Origin: Corynebacterium glutamicum ATCC 13032
Lineage (GTDB): Bacteria; Actinomycetota; Actinomycetes; Mycobacteriales; Mycobacteriaceae
Length of the DNA: 32,000 nucleotides
Assembly: GCF_000011325.1 (NCBI RefSeq)
Contig: NC_003450.3
Coordinates: 3,060,001 to 3,092,000, forward strand
Direction: 5' to 3'
Under the pieces are notes generated by a model. It saw nothing but the letters and a program-made list of their open reading frames with translations. It was not told the DNA's origin and made no database searches. Below are positions 25,262 to 32,000 of the stretch, piece after piece. Every line of letters starts with the position of its first letter. The first letter of the stretch is position 1. Position numbers and translations under genes: made by a program.

Positions 25262-27052
25262 TTGCCCGAACAAGACTTAACCACCTTGGCCAATGATTGG
25301 CTCCAAGCTTTTGAAAAGGCCACTGCTAGTTCCAGCCCTGATGAAGCTGCCACTGCAGTCGTGCAACTTTTTGAGGATGAAGGATACTGGCGAGACCTTC
25401 TTGCATTCACGTGGAACCTCACCACCGCTGAAGGTGCAGATGAAATCGCCGAGATGATTCGCAATACGTGGCCATCAAGCATCTTCCGAAACGTTGAGCT
25501 AAAGGGCGAACCAGCTGATGAAGGAGATGGTGTCACTCGCGTACATTTCTCCTGCGAATCCGCAGACTTCAAGTGCACGGGCATTGTCCGCCTTCGTAAT
25601 GGCAAGGCGTGGACGCTACTCACCTCAGCTCGTGAGCTCCTGGAGCACCCAGAGCCCAAGGGGCGCAACCGTGAGATGGGCGTCGTCCATGGACAAAATG
25701 AGGACACCCGAAATTGGACTGACCGCAAGAATGATCGACAAGCAGCGTTGGGTGTCACCGAGCAGCCATACACCCTCATCATCGGTGGTGGACAGGGTGG
25801 CATTGCCTTGGGCGCACGACTCAAGCGACTTGGTGTACCCGCTCTAATCATTGATAAAGCATCTCGCCCGGGCGACCAGTGGCGTAGCCGTTACCATTCT
25901 CTCTGCCTGCACGATCCAGTTTGGTACGACCACCTGCCTTACATTCCATTCCCAGATCATTGGCCAGTATTTACTCCAAAGGACAAGATGGGTGACTGGC
26001 TCGAGCACTATGTCGGCATCATGGATTTGGACTATTGGACCAACACCGAGTGCCTGCGCGCCTCATACAATGAGGACACCAAGCAGTGGGATGTGACGGT
26101 CAATCGTGATGGCGCGGAGTCCACGCTCCACCCCACCCAACTAGTCATGGCTACTGGAATGTCGGGCAGCCCGAACAAACCAACTTTGCCTGGCCAGGAT
26201 AAGTTCCAGGGTGAAATTCGGCACTCTTCAGAGCACCCCGGCGGCGATGTCGATCGCGATAAGAACGTTGTAGTTCTGGGCGCTAACAACTCAGCCCACG
26301 ACATCTGCGCGGATCTTTATTCCAATGGTGCAAAGCCCGTGATGATTCAGCGCTCGTCTACACACATCGTGCGTTCTGATTCGCTGATGCGCGAAGTCTT
26401 CGGGCCTCTCTATTCTGAGGATGCCGTTGAAGCCGGAATTGATACCGATACTGCCGATCTCCTGTTTGCGTCGTGGCCATATAAGGTGCTGCCAGGTGTG
26501 CAGAAGCAGGCTTTCGACAAGATCCGTGAGGACGACAAGGAGTTCTACGACAAGCTTGAAAATGCTGGATTCTTGCTTGATTTCGGCGATGACGATTCGG
26601 GGCTTTTCTTAAAGTACCTTCGCCGTGGCTCTGGCTACTACATCGATGTCGGCGCCTCTGAACTGGTGGCTGATGGAAAGATTCCGGTGCGCTCCAATGT
26701 CAGCATTGAAGACGTCAAGGAAAACTCTGTGGTGCTCACAGATGGTACTGAGCTCCCAGCTGACGTGATTGTTCTAGCGACCGGCTATGGAAACATGAAC
26801 AACTGGGTTGCTCAGCTGGTTGATCAGGAAACCGCTGACAAGGTCGGCCCATGCTGGGGTCTGGGCTCTGAAACCACCAAGGATCCAGGCCCATGGGAAG
26901 GCGAGTTGCGCAATATGTGGAAGCCCACAAACGTGGATTCGCTGTGGTTCCATGGTGGCAACCTTCACCAGTCACGCCATTACTCACGGTATTTGTCCAT
27001 GCAGTTGAAGGCGCGCTACGAAGGTATGAACACTCCGGTGTACAGCAAGTAG
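25262..27052 (+). CDS. Class B flavin-containing monooxygenase with an N-terminal extension of about 170 aa (type II FMO-like)
   Basis: 596 aa. FAD motif IIGGGQGG, FMO motif FQGEIRHSSEH, NAD(P)H motif VVVLGANNSAHD. TTG start with AGGAGG 5 nt upstream. Confidence 0.88.
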   Translation: MPEQDLTTLANDWLQAFEKATASSSPDEAATAVVQLFEDEGYWRDLLAFTWNLTTAEGADEIAEMIRNTWPSSIFRNVELKGEPADEGDGVTRVHFSCESADFKCTGIVRLRNGKAWTLLTSARELLEHPEPKGRNREMGVVHGQNEDTRNWTDRKNDRQAALGVTEQPYTLIIGGGQGGIALGARLKRLGVPALIIDKASRPGDQWRSRYHSLCLHDPVWYDHLPYIPFPDHWPVFTPKDKMGDWLEHYVGIMDLDYWTNTECLRASYNEDTKQWDVTVNRDGAESTLHPTQLVMATGMSGSPNKPTLPGQDKFQGEIRHSSEHPGGDVDRDKNVVVLGANNSAHDICADLYSNGAKPVMIQRSSTHIVRSDSLMREVFGPLYSEDAVEAGIDTDTADLLFASWPYKVLPGVQKQAFDKIREDDKEFYDKLENAGFLLDFGDDDSGLFLKYLRRGSGYYIDVGASELVADGKIPVRSNVSIEDVKENSVVLTDGTELPADVIVLATGYGNMNNWVAQLVDQETADKVGPCWGLGSETTKDPGPWEGELRNMWKPTNVDSLWFHGGNLHQSRHYSRYLSMQLKARYEGMNTPVYSK

Positions 27053-27062
27053 ATACAAAGAA

Positions 27063-27098
27063 AAGGGCATCTCCGCTATGTGGGAGATGCCCTTCCTT
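27063..27098. terminator. Bidirectional terminator between the FMO gene and glf
   Basis: AAGGGCATCTCC / GGAGATGCCCTT 12-bp stem with an 8-nt loop, followed by a CCTTTT tail. It ends 1 nt before the glf stop codon. Confidence 0.75.
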
Positions 27099-28319
<1,221 letters not shown>

Positions 28320-28508
28320 TTACATTCGGCGTTGCCGAAATTTCAGACACCCGATCGGGCCAAGTTTCTCCAGTTAGCAGGGCATATCCACACCCAGATA
28401 CCTTTGTCGTTCTCACAGGCTCTTAACAACTTGCGACACACCCTACGAAACTTTAGTCACATAGGTACCATTATCCCCAGAAGTGCACTAGGCTTCTCAG
28501 TTGTTTCA

Positions 28509-28514
28509 TATAGT
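28509..28514 (+). promoter_or_regulatory. Candidate -10 hexamer TATAGT for psp5
   Basis: It matches the TAnnnT -10 pattern and lies 34 nt upstream of the proposed GTG start. Sequence inspection only. Confidence 0.25.
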
Positions 28515-28547
28515 CTCAGCCGCACCAATATCATCAGGGAGAACATC

Positions 28548-30668
28548 GTGCAGCAACGACGCCGCATCAGCGAGACTCGGAAAAAACCGATGCTCGCTAT
28601 TATTTTGACCGCCGTATTGGGCGCATCTGGCCTTGCAGCCGCTGGCACTCAGTACCTCAATACTCAGGGCGAAGGCATCGGTCCGGTCGCCGTCCAAAAC
28701 GACAGTGAATCGTTTAATTCCGGCACCAACGTGGTTGTTGAAGACGCAGCAGTCACCGCCCAGGGTGAAGGCGGAGGCGCTCGCACCGTCAAGGAATTCC
28801 AGCGTGACCAGCAATTCTCTAGTTTTGCTCTTACCTGGACCGGTAAAAAAGACATCACTGCTTTTGTTCGCGCAGAACAGGAAGACGGCACCTGGTCACA
28901 GTGGTACGACTTGGAGCCAATGGTCAATGAAGATCAAGGCACCAACGGAACTGAGCTGATCTGGCACGGCCCTACCAACAAGATCCAGGTTTCCACCCTC
29001 AACGTGGATCTCTTTGGAGCAGATGCTGCAGCCGCTGATGAAAACGGTCAAGACATTCCAGCAGTAGATGCAGCCGAGGCAGCGCCAGCAGCAGAACCTG
29101 CACCAGCTGAAGCACCAGTCGAGGAAGCTCCTGCACCTGTCGCAGAACCAGCACCAGCTGCTGAACCTATCGCTGAGCCAGTCGCTGATTACTCAGCAAA
29201 TGACGGCCTCGCTCCCCTGCCATCCAACTATGGCGACATCCAGCCTGTTGCCGATGTTGATGACGGCCTAAACGCAGTATTTATCGATGGCAACGCTGAT
29301 GCAGGCGTGGGTATCGCTAACGTTGCTGACACCGATGGCATGCCAAAGGTGATTTCTCGTGCTGGTTGGGGTGCGGACGAAAGTCTGCGCTGCTCAAACC
29401 CAACTATTGATGATGGCGTTTCTGCGATCACCATTCACCACACTGCGGGTTCCAACAACTACACCGAGGCGCAGGCTGCAGCCCAGGTTCGTAGTGCTTA
29501 CAGCTACCACGCCAAGAACCTCGGCTGGTGCGATATCGGATACCAGTCATTGGTTGATAAGTACGGCAACATCTACGAAGGCCGTGCCGGCGGCATGACC
29601 AATGCTGTTCAGGGTGCTCACGCTGGCGGCTTCAACCAGAATACTTGGGCAATCTCCATGATTGGCGACTATTCCTACAACGCTCCCCCTCAGGAAACCA
29701 TCAATGCTGTCGGTGAGCTTGCTGGTTGGCGCGCAAAGGTTGCCGGTTTCGATCCAACTGGTACTGATACTCACTACTCCGAGGGTACTTCTTACGCGAA
29801 GTACTCCTATGGCACCCGAGTGTCACTTCCTAATATCTTCGCTCACCGCGATGTCGGCCTGACCGCATGTCCTGGCGATGCTGGCTATGCGCAAATGGAG
29901 AATATCCGCCAGATCGCTAAGGCGAAGTACACCAGCTTGCAGAATGGCAACACAGGTGGCACGACTACCACCCCGGCGACAACGCCGAAGGAGACGTCGA
30001 CAAGCAATGCTCCTTCGACGACCACTGCCCAGCCTGTAACTCCCGCTGAACCTCAGCAGTACAGCGAATCCGATGCCCTGGCAGCTCTGCTGACAGGTGG
30101 CTCTTCCGGCGGCACCGACCTGCTCAATGGCGCAAACTCTGAGCAGCTCCTGACTGGCCTGGGTTCCATTGCGGCTGTGCTGATTGCTGCGTCTTTGGCT
30201 GATGGTGGCCTGAATGGTCTGATCAGCAATGTTGGTAGCAACAACGGCGTCCCAGTGCTTGGCGATATCAAGATCACTGACGTCATCCCAATCGTTGATA
30301 CCGCGATCAACCTAACCGGAGACAATAAGTACTCTCGCGGTTGGAACGACCTGAACAACACGCTTGGACCAGTGCTTGGCGCTGCCACTGGTGGCGAAAC
30401 CACCGTGAAGTACACCAGCGACCAGAACTCTGAGGTTACTTTCGTGCCGTTTGAAAATGGCATCATGGTGTCTTCCCCTGAGGCTGGAACTCACGGCCTG
30501 TGGGGCGCAATCGGTGACGCGTGGGCTCAGCAGGGCGCTGACCTTGGCCCTCTGGGACTTCCAACCAGTAATGAATACACCGTTGGCGAACAGCTTCGTG
30601 TTGATTTCCAGAATGGTTACATCACTTACGATTCTGCGACTGGCCAGGCAAGCATTCAGCTGAACTAG
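28548..30668 (+). CDS. psp5: Secreted N-acetylmuramoyl-L-alanine amidase-domain protein with Ala/Pro and Thr/Pro linkers and a C-terminal LGFP repeat (Rv3811/Csp-like)
   Basis: GTG at 28548 preceded by AGGGAGAA. The N-terminus QQRRRISETRKKPMLAIILTAVLGASGLAAAG is a signal or anchor sequence. Amidase_2/PGRP region ITIHHTAGSNNY...CDIGYQSLVD...AHAGGFN. C-terminal LGPLGLPTSNEY...FQNGYITY. The ORF-track extension back to 28332 lacks coding features. Confidence 0.8.
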   Translation: MQQRRRISETRKKPMLAIILTAVLGASGLAAAGTQYLNTQGEGIGPVAVQNDSESFNSGTNVVVEDAAVTAQGEGGGARTVKEFQRDQQFSSFALTWTGKKDITAFVRAEQEDGTWSQWYDLEPMVNEDQGTNGTELIWHGPTNKIQVSTLNVDLFGADAAAADENGQDIPAVDAAEAAPAAEPAPAEAPVEEAPAPVAEPAPAAEPIAEPVADYSANDGLAPLPSNYGDIQPVADVDDGLNAVFIDGNADAGVGIANVADTDGMPKVISRAGWGADESLRCSNPTIDDGVSAITIHHTAGSNNYTEAQAAAQVRSAYSYHAKNLGWCDIGYQSLVDKYGNIYEGRAGGMTNAVQGAHAGGFNQNTWAISMIGDYSYNAPPQETINAVGELAGWRAKVAGFDPTGTDTHYSEGTSYAKYSYGTRVSLPNIFAHRDVGLTACPGDAGYAQMENIRQIAKAKYTSLQNGNTGGTTTTPATTPKETSTSNAPSTTTAQPVTPAEPQQYSESDALAALLTGGSSGGTDLLNGANSEQLLTGLGSIAAVLIAASLADGGLNGLISNVGSNNGVPVLGDIKITDVIPIVDTAINLTGDNKYSRGWNDLNNTLGPVLGAATGGETTVKYTSDQNSEVTFVPFENGIMVSSPEAGTHGLWGAIGDAWAQQGADLGPLGLPTSNEYTVGEQLRVDFQNGYITYDSATGQASIQLN
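29070..29186 (+). repeat. Low-complexity Ala/Pro/Glu linker with internal direct repeats (GCAGAACC[T/A]GCACCAGCTG)
   Basis: It encodes AAEAAPAAEPAPAEAPVEEAPAPVAEPAPAAEPIAEPVA within psp5. Confidence 0.7.
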
Positions 30669-30683
30669 TCTCAATTAGAGCCG

Positions 30684-30719
30684 AAAACCCCGCTACCTTC
30701 CCTGAGGAGGCGGGGTTTT
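30684..30719. terminator. Bidirectional terminator between psp5 and glpK
   Basis: AAAACCCCGC / GCGGGGTTTT stem with a 16-nt loop, and A/T runs on both sides. Confidence 0.75.
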
Positions 30720-30757
30720 CTCCAATCAAAAGCCAATTAAAGGCCGACCCAAATCAG

Positions 30758-32000
30758 CTAGGCCTGGTCATAAGAATGCTCCACTGCCCTATTCCATTCG
30801 GCATAGCGACGTTCGCGCTCTTCTTCGCTCATGTCAGGGTTCCAGACTTTCTTCACTGCAATAAGTTTTTCGATCTCGTCAGTTGTTTTGAAGAATCCAG
30901 AGCCGAGACCTGCAGCGAATGCGACGCCGACGGCGGTGGTTTCTACGTCCTCGAGACGTTGGACGTCGATGCCGAGGAAGTCGGCTTGCATTTGCATGAG
31001 GAGGTCATTTTCCACCATCGCACCGTCGACGCGGAGGGATTCGAGGGCTTTGCCTGCGTCTTTGGCCATGGCGTCCACAACTTCGCGGGTTTGGAAGGCG
31101 TTGGCTTCAAGGACTGCGCGGGCGATGTGTTTGCGGTTGGCAAAACGGGTGAGGCCTGTAATGACGCCACGAGCATCGGGGCGCCAACGTGGTGCGAACA
31201 GTCCGGTGAATGCTGGGACAACATGAACGCCACCGTTGTCTTCGACTTCTCGGGCGAGGTTTTCAATCGCTGGTGCGTTGGGGATTAGCTGTAGGTTGTC
31301 GCGCAGCCACTGCACCAAGGAACCGCCCATGGATACGGAACCTTCCAGCGCGTAGACCGGAGCGGATCCTTCCCGTTGATAGGCGATGGTGGACAGCAGG
31401 CCGTGCTCGGAAATCTTCAACGAGGTGCCGGTGTTCATCAGCAGGAAGAGGCCGGTGCCGTAGGTATTTTTAGCAGCACCTTCGTGGAATCCGCCCTGAC
31501 CAAAAAGGGCCGCTTGCTGGTCGCCGAGCACGCCAGTAATCGGGACGTCGGCTAGGGTTCCGCGGTGGCGCACGGAGCGGAATTCTCCGACGGAGGGACG
31601 AATCTCAGGGAGCATGGACATCGGAATGTCTAGGGCTTCGCATAGTTCTGGATCCCACTGTTGCGTGCGGAGATCCATCAATAGTGTGCGGGATGCGTTG
31701 GTGACATCGGTGACGTGGATGGCATCATCACCGTCGTCGCCGCGGACACCGCCGGTCAGGTTCCACAGCACCCAGGTATCCATGGTGCCAAACAAAAGGT
31801 CGCCCTTTTCGGCGCGTTCGCGAGCTCCCTCAACGTTGTCGAGAATCCACTTGATTTTGGGCCCCGATGGGTAGGAGTTGATCAGCAGGCCGGTGCGGTC
31901 AAGCCACTTTTCCTGGCCTTCTTCGCCCGCGATCTCTAGGCAAATGTCAGAGGTGCGGGTGTCTTGCCACACGATTGCGTTGTAGACAGGTTCGCCGGTG
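30758..32000 (-). CDS. glpK: Glycerol kinase, 3' portion (N-terminus lies beyond the window)
   Basis: The frame is open to the window end. Typical FGGY/GlpK sequence ([28 protein letters not shown]). The ORF-track Met at 31972 is internal. Confidence 0.93.

Overview
This window reads as an actinobacterial (Corynebacterium-type) cell-envelope biosynthesis locus. From memory, its gene order and several proteins (the 657-aa PS1 mycolyltransferase, 1610-aa Pks13, ElrF, Psp5) match Corynebacterium glutamicum at roughly cg3175-cg3198; this was not checked against any database. Left to right the content is as follows. Two small membrane-protein genes (+ strand). The mycolate condensation genes accD3, pks13 and fadD32 (- strand). 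A cop1(PS1)-lipoprotein-elrF(cutinase-like) unit (- strand). A compositionally foreign DUF222/HNH nuclease gene (+ strand). cmt2, then the arabinogalactan genes aftB, ubiA, a PAP2 phosphatase and glfT (- strand). A four-gene block (TPM-domain membrane protein, two PAP2-like proteins, a class-B flavin monooxygenase) that separates glfT from glf. Then glf, the amidase/LGFP protein psp5, and the 3' part of glpK. I saw no tRNA, rRNA, CRISPR array or IS/transposase. Most of the window is a well-described core pathway. I found no convincing wholly new multi-gene system. The items worth follow-up are small-scale: an unannotated 27-aa sORF at the end of the pks13-accD3 unit, a switch-like SD/anti-SD arrangement in the pks13 leader, and a 13-bp hairpin that contains the aftB start codon. 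Others are a 15-bp direct repeat carrying two perfect DnaA-box 9-mers upstream of the foreign HNH gene, a 12-bp x3 tandem repeat abutting the cmt2 stop, a repeated AAAGTG-N8/9-CACTTT palindrome in a divergent promoter, and the TPM/PAP2/PAP2/FMO block itself. Hairpin and motif coordinates were counted by hand and may be off by 1-2 nt.
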